DNA from: Eledone cirrhosa
Taxonomy: Eukaryota
Assembly: GCA_964016885.1 (NCBI GenBank)
Contig: OZ024740.1
Coordinates: 371,070,001 to 371,134,000 of the forward strand
Direction: 5' to 3'
Length of the DNA stretch: 64,000 nucleotides
The notes under the pieces were generated by a model, which saw nothing but the letters and a program-made list of their open reading frames with translations, was not told where the DNA came from and did no database searches. The first letter of the stretch is position 1; every line of letters starts with the position of its first letter. This document shows, piece by piece, positions 25,140 through 37,626 of this stretch. A program made the translations under genes and the position numbers.

Positions 25140-25200
25140 AATTGATACAAGATAGTTGTTTTACCAGCATTATCTAATCCAACAATTATCACCTTGTGCT
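25140..25200 (-). CDS. ARL5: Internal coding exon (exon 2 equivalent) of ADP-ribosylation factor-like protein 5, encoding the P-loop/G1 box
   Basis: The reverse complement translates in phase 1 as (E)[19 protein letters not shown](F), the ARL5 N-terminal motif. Acceptor atttatatttttacag (AG at 25202-25201) and donor gtgagt (25139-25134). The 61-nt length and phases match my recollection of vertebrate ARL5A/B exon 2. Too short for the ORF track. Confidence 0.92.
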
Positions 25201-25367
25201 CTGTAAAAATATAAATAAATGTAAATTAATATATAACAAGAACTAGGAAAAAAATTGAGAAAATCAGATTAAAAAAATAAAAATAAAATTAGGAAAATCA
25301 CCAAAATGTTAATAATATAAGGAAAAGTTTTAAATTTGTCTTGATTTAGTAATCTTCATCATCATTT

Positions 25368-25671
25368 ACTCTCAGATACAAAATGGACGGGGGTGGGGTA
25401 AGTGGGGGATTGGAAAATCAGTAATTTTTCTAGGTTGTCTCCATTAATAAAAAAAATTAAAAAAAAGAATTAGTCATTTAGTTTACATATTTCTAGTATT
25501 GTACTTTGTTGGTCATGTTTTTTAATGTATAAAGAAAACTAATTTTCGCAGCAATACTACCACTTAAAATAAAATTTTGCTGGAGATAGATTAGCAAAAT
25601 TTAATAATTGGAGTGGTTGGAAAAAATCTGAAAAATTAATAAGTGGGGATGATTATTCGAAACCCAAGAGT
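25368..25671. mobile_element. Possible decayed pogo/Tc1-type MITE
   Basis: TA-ctctcagatac... and ...attattcgaaacccaagag-TA form weak inverted ends. Confidence 0.3.
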
Positions 25672-28600
25672 AATGTTTGGTCTTCCATACAGACATGGGT
25701 TGGATGAGTGGCTACAGACAAAGTCAGTATCTAATTGGAGCTAATGACCTCCCAGATGGGCTGCGTGTCCACATCTTGCTTGCATACATTCCAACACTTT
25801 GCAGAATGTATAGGGTGTAGTTTTCCATGGCACCAGCCCTAAGGAGTTAATTGTGCCATTGATACAAATTGGGAATTCTTAAAGTAAAATAAGGAATAAA
25901 AGGCAGGTAAGTTACATTTTCAACACAATGCTGCTATAACTGAGGTGACAGTTTTTGAAAAACTAACAACTATTTTCCTTATTATTCAATAAACTGAAGG
26001 ACATCAAAATATATATTCTGGTCAGAGTACTGCCATTCATTAAATTGTTAGTCTTTTTGCCGTCTCTTTTATTATACTATAACAGCATCTGCTTTCTGCT
26101 TATTTCCTCCTCTTTAATCACTATCATAGACATTCACCAGCTAAGAGGACTTGAATAGCTCAAAAGATGAAAAACATAATACTGCTCCAATGAATTGCCT
26201 AGGTGATCTAATAAGCAGCTAGCATATGAACTGGTTGGAAAAAGTCCAGGGAGTTATTGCTTTTGCTGGCTACAAAGGGATTCTCTCTCAGAGTGATGGA
26301 CAGATTATATGATGCTTTGCTTGTATGCAAAATGTGATGCAGCATTGGAGCAAGATTAAACAAATAACTATTACTACTAAAGGTAGGTATATTTCCAATG
26401 TAAAACATAATAGTTGCAGTAATTATTTCAGTAAGAGTTGCTATGTGTAAAATAATTGTTGTTTAGCACAAAATTAGCCCTGATTAAGCAAACCTATATT
26501 AAATAGAATTCAGGCTATGTATGATTATCCCATCCATATTTTTTCAAGATTCATGATATAGTCCCGGATATACAAATAAGATGGGATGGTCACACCTAAA
26601 ATACATTTTATTACAGATTTGTTCAATAAAGGCTGCCTGGAACTAAACAATAACTATTACTATTTAACACATATTTCCAATGCAGTATACAATAACGGCA
26701 ATAACGCATGTAGAAAATTACAAACATGGTTGATCTGTGTTTAGTGTAGAATGAGTAAAACAGAATCAAAGAATTATAAACATTAAAATACATTCTTAGT
26801 TTCATATAATACTCTCTGCCAAAAATGCAGAATAAAAAATAAAAAATGCCGGAAGTCAATCAACAAGATGCTGAACTTCAAAAACATAAAGTCAACTCCC
26901 ACAGAGTTCAGATTTCCTTTCCTTTATTTGCCTAACCTTTAACATAGTTTTTTCTATCTATTTCAAATTTTTGTTATTTGTGTATTTCAAATTATCAACA
27001 GCCTACTGTAATGTGGAAATAATGAGTAAATAGATTTCAGATAAACTAATGGAGACATATGTAATAATAATGTCTTGCTAGAAAAGGGTGTGGTAACAAT
27101 TATCATCATTATCATCATTTAATGTCAGTTTTCCCTGCAAGCAAAGATTAGAAAGGACTGCACAGATCAAGTCAGTAATTAATCATCATAGTTACTTATC
27201 TTACACATGAGCCGAGACCTCATTTCACTTACTTCTAACATGCTACAGAGTGTGCTATGTATTTTATTATGGCATCAGCACTAGGGAAGTCATCATGTCC
27301 TTGACACAATGGAAGAGTTCTCTCTATGTCAGTAATAATTGTTGTTTAGCACAAGATTTGACTTCATAGAAGAAGCTTATGTTAAAAGCACTTCCAGTTG
27401 TGACTAGTTGTCAAACCCTTTAGGATATAGCCCTGTGTTCTTTCTGTCAGGTAAGGTATGATGTGAGGAAAATTTGGTTGCTATTTCTAGCAAGTTGAAC
27501 TATCACATATATATTCCATTATTGGCTTTAATGTGTAAAGTTGATAAAATAATAGGCAAATGGATACAAGTTGGTGCAAAGATACTTAACTCTCCATAAC
27601 CTACTACAACTTTTTGTAAATGATGATGGATCATTCATTCATTGTTCGATTAACTGACCCAGGACTTCATAATTATGAAACAAACTTCTTAATCACTCAG
27701 CCATGCTTGTGCCCCATAAACAGGTGCCATGGGAAATTAGTTTAACTACTGTAACTTTCAGGAACAATGTTAAACAATGAGTAATGATTTTATTTGCTTG
27801 TAATGCTCAATCAAGCAGCTCCAGAGAGAGAGCAACCAGAAATGAAAATAGTACACAGTGACATTCTGGCAAGATCAAATGGCATCAACTGAGAATTGAC
27901 ACTGTGATACAGTCTTGGCATGCAAGATGCTTACCTCTAGTTCTTGAACCATTATATAAAGACAAATCTTCAAATGATAGATGAAATGGTAAAAATCAAA
28001 GGAAATTAGTGATGGTCTGTGTGGGCAAATAGTCAATACAAAAACGTTTCCTAATTAGAACTAAACTAGACTTTTTAATACCAATTCAACCAAAACTAGC
28101 TCTGATTCTATGAAACAGAATCATCCATTTTAAATGGTTCCTATTTAAATCAAAATGTTCCAACTTAATTTTATATAAGAATAATATGTTAAGTTACTAT
28201 CTTGGTAATGAAATAATGAATAATTTTAGTAAATCCTTCCAAATGCTTCATGAATTAATTGAAACAGAGTATTTCATTAAAAATCGGTCACAAAATGGTC
28301 AACTAGCTGTGAGCAAGAGAAGTGTAATGTTTTGAGCAGTATACTTAATTGGAGAGAGGGGAAATATTTACCAGTTTTGTTGAATATATAGATTGATAGC
28401 TCAACAAACTCAAAAGATACTAAGATATTAAACACAATAGGGTTAAGTGGCTTAGTTCCTTCAGTTAATTTTTTTCACTGCTGAAACATTATTATATTAT
28501 TCATAGAAATGTATGCAAATGGGCTGACGTGGCTTGTTTTAAGACAGACAACTACACCGTTTACAATGAGATTTAAATTCATAACCTTTTGCTCAGTGTT

Positions 28601-29399
28601 CCAGCACTTGTAACAACTCAACCACTACAAGTTAAATACATACCACAATTTAAGTTAATTATAGTGATAATCTTAAAGTCAAACCTAAGGTTCCTCAGCT
28701 GAATTGCTACAACACTCTACATGGTCATTAGAGATTTATTTTAATTCATGAGAAAATTATAGACTATCATGATAACATTACTTTGGCCATGGAAAAAGTT
28801 ATTACAAACTTGAATACAGCAAAAAAAGACATTTTCAGTAATAACTTCAGTATTGCTTTTGTTATTGAGTGAGACTTGGTTAGAAAAATTAACAGAGTAG
28901 TAAGTAAAATGTTTTTTTTGTTTTCAGTTCAAATTCCACAAAGAGGATATAGTTTCAGAGAGTGAAAGGAGAGGGGGAAAAATTGAGAGTAAAGAGAGAG
29001 ATAGACAGACAGAAGTAGATAGATTAATATCTGTATTCCACAGCTAAAGTAAGAAGGGTTAAGACATGGGAACAAAACAGTGAAACACACACATACATAT
29101 TCACAGAGAGGATAGTGGAGACAGCTGTCAGCATTACAATAGGCCATTATTCTCAGAAATTAAGATTTACAGAAGAGAAGAATGTTTTCTTTAAACAAAT
29201 ATATATTTTTTTAAATCAGCAGGAACTGCAGTTATTGTCAGTATTCATTGTTTGTGTACACACTTGCACTTCTTACCCATGGTTAGAGTAGATATCAGAT
29301 TGGCTTAGGCCTATAGGTATCTGTGTGTTTATATATATGTGAATATATATGAATAAATAAATAAAAACACCCACCCTTGTATAATATAGCTTAAGAAAA

Positions 29400-29620
29400 G
29401 AAGAGGAGAGTAATCACATGAATCACAGGTGATATATTTATAACAAGTAAAAAACAATATGGACTATTAGAATGACAGAGTGGATACTAAGGCAATGGAG
29501 AAGAACCAGAGGACGACCAAAGACCAGATAATCTGATACCTCAGCCCCATATGGCCAAAGATAGGAAGAGGTACAGGTCAACCAAAGAGAGGTTCCACCA
29601 ACAGGAGTGAGAAGGCCTTA
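29400..29620 (+). mobile_element. RTE LINE C-terminal remnant
   Basis: Translates WTIRMTEWILRQWRRTRGRPKTR*SD. Confidence 0.65.
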
Positions 29621-30559
29621 GATTTTGGATATATATAAATATAAACGCCTACCCATAAATCCACAGATATATAATATTGTTACAGTTTACACCTATGTAG
29701 GATTAGCTGACCTACGAGGTTGCATCTCATAGGTTTCTCAGGTGTTTTAATGATAGGGCAATCTGGATGTAAATCTATTGCAAGGGTTAACTCCCAGTTA
29801 CTGCTGGAAATAATTTTTTTTTCAACTGAGTGAACTAGAGCAACATGAAATAAAATATCTTGCTCAATGGCACAAAACATTGCCTGGTCCAGGAATCAAA
29901 TTCACAACTTAATGATTGTGAGTACAACACCCTAATTACTAGGCCATGTGCTTTCACATCATCATCGTTTTCTGTCTGCTTTTCCATGCTTGCATGGGTT
30001 AGACAGGTCTGTGAACACCAGTGATTTGAGATCCATTCTTACAACCCCTGACTAGGTCTTCCTTGGTCACCCTCTACTGCAGCTTCATTTCACTGGGATT
30101 TCTTGGCAGTTCTTCATCCATACAATGCAGTTTTCTCTCTTGCAAACTACATCTGATTCCTCTTATACTCTTGAAAAGTAAGAATATATTCAACTGAATA
30201 TGATTGTTACTAATCTTATTGATCCTGATGTGTGTGGCAAGGAGAAGGTAATGCAATCTAAGCTGGATTTGAACTCAGAACAATTGAATTAAATATTTAA
30301 GGCATCATTTAGTTCAAATCTCCACTATTTCAGCCACTCTACTCCCCTTGTTACTACTACAATGGATTTATTTCAACTAGAAACATGGTTAATTATGTAA
30401 GGAGACAATGATATAGTATAGAGAATCAAATTGATTCATATAGATTTTCCTGATAATCTTAAACTTTCAATATTTCCATCTAGAATATATTTAGAATAGT
30501 CAGCTCTCTAGTAGTCTTCAACTCTGCATTGTGTGGCATGGTGGATAGTATTGAACTTC

Positions 30560-31155
30560 TGCAATTTGGGGAAGGGGAAAGTTGGTTATATCAACCCAGT
30601 ACTTAACTGGTACTTTAATTCATCAACCTTGGAAGGATGAATGACAAAGTTAACCTCAGTGGGATTTGAACTCAGAATATGAAAAATCACAAAGCATTTA
30701 TCCAACACTTTAATCATTCAGCTATCTGCTGCCCTCTTAATAATTTTTTTATTGGCTACTTGTGCCCTTTTAATAATAATAATAATAATTGTATCTACTA
30801 TTGGCACAAGGCCAGTGCATTACTGGTACTTTATTTTATCGACCCCGTAAGGATGAAAGGCAAAGTTAACCTCGGCTGGATTTGAACTCAGAATGGCAAG
30901 GGCCATAACTCTATGCGTCAAAGCATGGCGTCCGACCCTCTACCGATACTGCCAATCTACCGCCTTAATAATAATAATGATTTCTACTAAAGGCACAAGA
31001 CCAGCAATTTTGGGGGAGGGAAAGTCGATTGAATCAACCCCAGTGCATTACTGGTGCTTTATGTTATCGGCCTCATAAGGATGAAAGGCAAAGCTAACCT
31101 CAGCAGGATTTGAACTCAGACCGTAAAGAGCCATAACTATGCTGCAAAGCATGGA
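30560..31155 (-). mobile_element. Cluster of three tRNA-derived SINE copies
   Basis: Three repeats of actggtact..ttatc(g)a...ggatgaa..gcaaagttaacctc.gc.ggatttgaactcaga at about 30600, 30820 and 31050. Confidence 0.85.
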
Positions 31156-33269
31156 ATAATGATAATTTCTCTCTTTTGTAAAAATGGAGAGCTCTGAAGA
31201 ATCAAATTTCTCCCAGTGTATGTCAGTGCCTAGTGCTTATTTCATGCTTATTTGATGAATGAAACATGAAACTCAGAGGGAATTAAACTTATCATGTAAA
31301 GGGATGAAACTAAATACTGTAAACTATTTAATTCAGTGTGCTTCATTTTCTACCAGACTGCTGCTCTTACATTACAAATAACAGAAAAATCATATAGAAG
31401 GCTGTGTTTCTCCTAGTTATCATACATATATGCACATACATACACACACATTCTATATGTTTCTCTCATTATACTCTCGCTCCCTTCACCTATTCACCAT
31501 GATACTTCATCTGTCATTGCTCTCTATTCTATTCATCTTTCTGGTTGTATTCAAATCCTCCATGAGTGAATGACAATGTAGATAACTGAGTACCCTTTAG
31601 CCACTAGTGTTGATGACATGACCAAATGCACCCAGCATAATTTAAGGTGGTTAATGATCAAACAAAGACAACCTAGAATCAAGAGGTCCCTTTAATACTG
31701 ATAAGGACATACACACCTAGTGTATTCTGTAAAGTGGTTTGTGTTATGAAAATCACCCAACCATAGAAACCATAACAAAAATGGAACGTACAAGTGAAAC
31801 ATATTCCTCTAATCAATTTAAGAGGGCAATAACTCCAAATAAGAACTAACTCAAACTGTGACAACCTGTCCAACCCATGCAGGCATGGAAAGAGGACATA
31901 GAATGATGAAGAAGGGTAGAGGTATAAGTATAGGTATATAGGTATTTTATAAGGGTTCTCTCTCTGCTTGCTTGCATACTTACACACACATATATATAGT
32001 AATAATAAATATGCAATAGGGTGAAAGTAGAAATTCTTTGCTTAAACTTTAATCTGTACTAATAATATATATATATATATATGTGTGTGTGAATTTTACC
32101 CGACATACATACATACGTACACAAATACATACATACACAATCGGTAGTAGCCCAGCAACAGAGTACATATTAACAAATGTTTTGCTCACTAGAACACTTT
32201 TGCATCTGGAACCTTGTAACAAATTGTTACCTATTTGGAGTTACACACACACACTCAGTGCACTGAGCTCCATTATATATGGGTTAACGATTATTATGTG
32301 AAATTCTACTGAACTTAACTGGGCAAGATGTTACAACAGTTATAGTGATCTGCAGTGCTAATATAGTAAGTAGCACTTTCTACAAAGATCAGTCATTAGT
32401 CAGACAGGACCCCCTCCACACACACACACTCACTTAACACAGGATTATAAAGACAAATACATGTATTTTCTTTGTCTTCCAATCTCTATATAGGTAAAAT
32501 TATCAGTTCAGTATCTAGAAAGCTTGTCATCATGTGTCGTTATGTAAACTAGTAGGCAAGTCAGTTCAGTTCAAGTAAAAATGAATACTCTAGTTTACTT
32601 TCTTCTTTAACAAGTCTACTAATTTATAATTAACTCACATTACATATCTGTTTAACAGCTATTTCAATGTCATTTTGAAAAATTACTGTTTAAACTCAAT
32701 ATTTGGAATTTAAAGTATTCAATTATTAAATACATCGATACACCATTCAACCAAAAATCTTTAACCCTTTTGTCGCCATATATCTAATGACAAACACTGC
32801 ATGTGATTTTCAAATAATTTTGAAAATAATCAAGAGTTTTAAGGGATTCAGTAAAACATCTGTCTCATTATTAAAATGATGATTAGAGCATAACTTACAG
32901 GTTCTTATATAAAATAATGACAAAGTTTAAATTCACAAGAAACATGATGCTTTGCACTGTGAGTTTCTATTGTCTCATTCATTTCCATTCTTCCATCTTC
33001 TCCCTCTGCTCCTCTACCACTTCTCTGGACCAACACACTTCCAACCTTGAGGTAGGTCTTTACCCAACATCGTCATTGACGTTATTTTACTGTTTTGGCA
33101 GTTTTCCTTTGCGTTGAGTTTCAAATTATTCTATAAATTCCAATAGACTCACGCTTCAACTCCATTTTCGAGACAATACTTTGTTTATAAATATAAATAT
33201 TGAAAAACCAAGTGTTTTACATCAAAGAACAATGGGTAGTTTCAGATGGTTTACTATTTATTAAGATAA

Positions 33270-34348
33270 ACTACAAAGCAGTGGTGGCCAGAAATAGCCA
33301 TGCTCAATGTGTCAAAAAGGAGTAGGTAGGAATTCCATACAGTGTACCAAGTGTAGACTGGACTCACAAGAGATGTAGTGGGATCACAGGTAAGTTGAAA
33401 GAAAGGGTAAACCTCATATGTGACAGATACACAAGAGTAGTCAACAGCAAGGGTACTCCTGAAATAAAATTTCTGAAATGTTCAGATGGAGCTCTGGAAG
33501 TGTTAGAAAACTTTTACTATCTAGATCTCATTAGTAATGGAGGTGGATGTACTAAAAGTGTTATAGCCAGAGTGGGAACAGGGTGGAAGGAGTTCGGGGA
33601 GCTGATACTTCTGCTGGAAACAAAAGGCTTCTCTCTCAGACCCAATGGCAGATTATATGATACATGTGTTCAAACTGCAATGCTGCATGGTCACGAGACA
33701 TGGTCCTTGAATGCAAAAGATTTTCAGCAGCTAAAAAGAAATGAAGTATAAATACACATACATACAGCAAGTGAGCTGAGAGGAAGGTTGAGTATAAGAG
33801 GAACTGAATGTAGTATACAAGAGTGATGATTGTGTTGGTATAGGCATGTGATGCATAAGGAGAGTGAGAGTTGTGTAAAAAGAGTACCAATTGCTTGAGG
33901 TGGAAGAGGATCCGACAAAGTTGTGAAAAATTATCTCAAGAAACTGAACTTCATGAAGGATATGATGCAGGACTAAGCTGATAGGCTATACGCCATAATA
34001 CAAAAGATGTGTTTGTCAGTAAAAGCACTGCAACATTAAAAGTAAACAAGGTGAGAGGATGGAATCTACAATGTTTGACAATCAAATAGAAACAATGTAG
34101 GGTTTGAAAGGACTCATCAGTCTGGCACAGTATTTGACAATCTCTCTAGTGCTGGTGTGATGATGGAATGCACCCAGTCTACTCTGTAAAGTGGTAGTTC
34201 TGGCATCATGAAAAATACACTACACCCTATAAAGTAGTTGGCCTTAGGAAGAGCAGCCAGCCATAGAGACCATACCAAATATGGAACTTAATGAGCAAAA
34301 CACGGCACCTCATCCAACCTACGCTAGCATGAAAAGGTGATGATGATA
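33270..34348 (+). mobile_element. Degenerate PHD-RTE LINE with tail module
   Basis: Decayed PHD (C.MCQKGVGRNSIQCTKCRL.THKRCSGITGKL), ORF 33395-33751 (AMLHGHETW) and a (GAT)n tail near 34345. Confidence 0.85.
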
Positions 34349-35761
34349 CTTGATTTTGATTTTATAGAATAAAGTGAATAAAAGATAAATCTCCCTTTGG
34401 AGAGGGTATTAGCTGTCTATTGTAGGTAACACTGCCAAAGGATCTGGTACTTATTCTAGATGCGTATGTTAACTGAGACAATATAGAATAAAAAATTCTA
34501 TTTAGAAACAATGAAATGCTTACAGTGGATGCTTACTCATGACCTATAACCAAATATCTCAACGTTGTATTCAAACGGTCATCTGTCTATACAATAATTT
34601 CATAAGTAGGCTATGGTTAAGATTTGAATATTAATCTGGCAGGCAATTCAACAGTGAAACAGTAAAAATTAACAGAAATATTGAGGCAACATTTTATGAT
34701 AAACAGACTGTTAGGCTTAATAAAAAATACACAGCCAAGTAACTGCTTACAGGCCAAAAGATTAATGATAAACGACTTGTCGTTGGTGTTGTGCTATGTC
34801 ACTTAACTATTAATGTCCTATTCCACCTAGTTATAATAAATAGGTATCATGATGCAGATGTTTAGTTGAAAAAGCAATGTCGTATAACTGATGTTTTTTT
34901 TAATTAGAGTGCCAGGTTTCTAAGTTGAAGGAAGCTACAGAAGAGGAAGATGTGTGAAAGTTAATCTTAGGATGCTGCACCTTACTAAGGAAATCACACA
35001 GGAAAAAGACAAATGGATTGACGCTGTACTGGAGAGAACTCATCTAACCCAAGCAAGCAAGGAAAAGCGGGCATTAAAATAAGATATAGTTCTCAATCAT
35101 TTTTTTTATTGAGGCATTCCTTAATTACATTATAATGAGTTCAAAACAAGACACCCAATGTTGTGCCTAATGAATCTTCCTGTAAATTAACTACATAAAG
35201 TCTTCAGCAGTGCTACAATCCCTAATGTGCACTAGCACATAATTTATTCATCATTCAGTTAGCATTTAAGTTTAGCCATTCTATTTCTAATGTATTGGCA
35301 AAAGCAGAAATTCAAAATGCTTGGCAAATATAAGTCTGCATTATTTCTGTTTCATGATTTAATAAATGGAGAATAACTACTACCATTTAAACATATTTTA
35401 GTCAATAGACTGCAACCATGCTGGGGTTGAAGGGATTTAGTCGATCATATCAATCTCAGAACATATTTTTTTCATCAATTTTTTTGTTGTTGAACTGCTG
35501 AGTTATGGGACATAAACAAGCACTAAATGTAAATGCAGATGTACACACACACACTTTTACATATATGTGTGTATATACATGCTAGCTTGGAACATGGATG
35601 TTAAACGATGATGATGTATATATTATTCATCTTGTAATCGTTTCGCTCATTACCTTAATAACTTAGTTTTTTCTTAACTATTAATTTATTTTTTATTTAT
35701 TTTTTCTTTGTGAAACCGGAGCCTCCCAAAGCTACCATTTTATGAAATTTGAAAGTGGTGT

Positions 35762-35794
<33 letters not shown>

Positions 35795-36318
35795 TCTATA
35801 CAATAGTTTTTTCTAATAATCTTTTGATGAAGGGATTTTATCTCAAAATATAAAGACCTATAAAAAAAACTGCAAGGAAACATCCCAACATATTTGTTAT
35901 ATTTAGCATTTAGCGTCCAATTCTCATTGTGGTAACCTTTAAACAAAGCACTATTTTCTACATTCTACACAATGCTTCAAACAAACACCCTCATATATAT
36001 ATATGGCAGACTTTCATACAGTTTCTGCCTCTACTAAATTTCACTCACAAGGCATTGGTCAATCTGAGGCTATAGCAGAAGACACTTGCCCAAAGCAAAC
36101 TCCTTAACCATTAAGCCATGCCTGCACTTGCCATGTTTAAGTTTACCTGCTTCATTACCCAAGAAATTCTTGGGGTGTTTCATGAAAATCTAATCTAAAA
36201 ATGAGCCCAAGTCATGTCACCATATTTAACAAAGGTACCTAAATCATACCCAGAGGCAGCAGCCACCCAGATAATGTCAACCATTTGTTGAAATGCCAAC
36301 AAAATTCATAAATATTAA

Positions 36319-36518
36319 CCCTTTAGCATTTAAACCAGCCATGTCCAGCCAGAATTCTCTCACCTCTTTCTGGCTGTAACTGGCTGCTCATACTAATGTT
36401 AAGGTATCATTCTCAAAATAAATAATATCAAAATCTCATAGATTCGATATTATGTGAGGTAAAACCTTTACCGTGAAAATATAGTGTATATAGAGTAATG
36501 TAAATGCTAAATAAAGGG
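36319..36518. mobile_element. piggyBac-like MITE, family 1
   Basis: TTAA-ccctttagcattt...taaaggg-TTAA. Confidence 0.85.
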
Positions 36519-37473
36519 TTAAGTGTCTACAAATTTCTCAGCCTCACTTTATCTCATATTTTAATTTACTGTTGGTTTTTACTCTTTTTCTTTCAATTGG
36601 ATATGGAATGCCACCTTAAAATTCTCCAACAGTACTGAACATGTTAAGATAGAGATAATTGCTTTAAAATATATTAACTGCTTCTTTTAATTCTATAAAT
36701 AGTACACACATCAACAACAATGCCATCACAAAGGATATCATTCACATTGTGCTAAAATAGATTAGAACATTAACAACTATAAAATAATAATTAAGCAAGC
36801 AGTAGATATCCCCATTCATAATCTCAGTTGAAATACCAGACAGCTATCTATTTACTGGGTCATCTGATCTCTAATATTCTATAGAGATTATAAATTGCAA
36901 TATCTGATATCAACAATGACTCTGGGGTTTAAGGTACTACTGAACTACTAACAGTCTTGATATCAAATCTTACTGCTGAAGCTATCGTGTCATAATTCTG
37001 AACAAAGCTCTTAAATTATGCTTACTTCATCTTGCTTGAATAATAAATTCTGCTCCTACTTCATGGTTGAATCGTCAGTGATAGGAAATGTATTCAGGTG
37101 TACATCTCAATTTTCTCACACAAAACAAAAACAGAAGCGCACCCTGGAAAATTTGGCTACAATATCAGTAAAGCAGAGAACTTATATAATGGTAACGGTC
37201 TATACTTTGACCATCAACCAACTAAAAATAGTAAAATCTTCCTCAAATACCACAAACTCTACTTTCTTATAAATAAAATAATATATTGGATAATGTAATA
37301 TTTCATTCACTGTATCTGGAAAATAAAAAGATGATCATGGCTGAAACACTAAACACAAGTCTGCTTAGTCAGGGTTGATTTGGATCAAAACAATATAGCT
37401 TTTAGTGTGACTATTCTACATTTGCTAGTTAAAGAGTGATTTAACTAGCAAATGTAGAATAGGGTCTGAATCT

Positions 37474-37626
37474 ATAGCGGTTGATATTTTTGGTGTTCTT
37501 GATTCCCATACCACCTCCCTACTCACTGCTTTAGGGACAGAGTTAGAATGGCTATTTAAACACGCCTTCTTCACAATTCTCCGGGGTAATGCCTTCTCCA
37601 TTATGTCTGCAAGGACCACGAGATAG
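37474..37626 (+). mobile_element. 3' fragment of a CRE-like non-LTR retrotransposon
   Basis: Translates IAVDIFGVLDSHTTSLLTALGTELEWLFKHAFFTILRGNAFSIMSARTTR*, matching PxAxExxG...LFQRxSxxIxRGNA and the copy at 12131. Confidence 0.7.
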
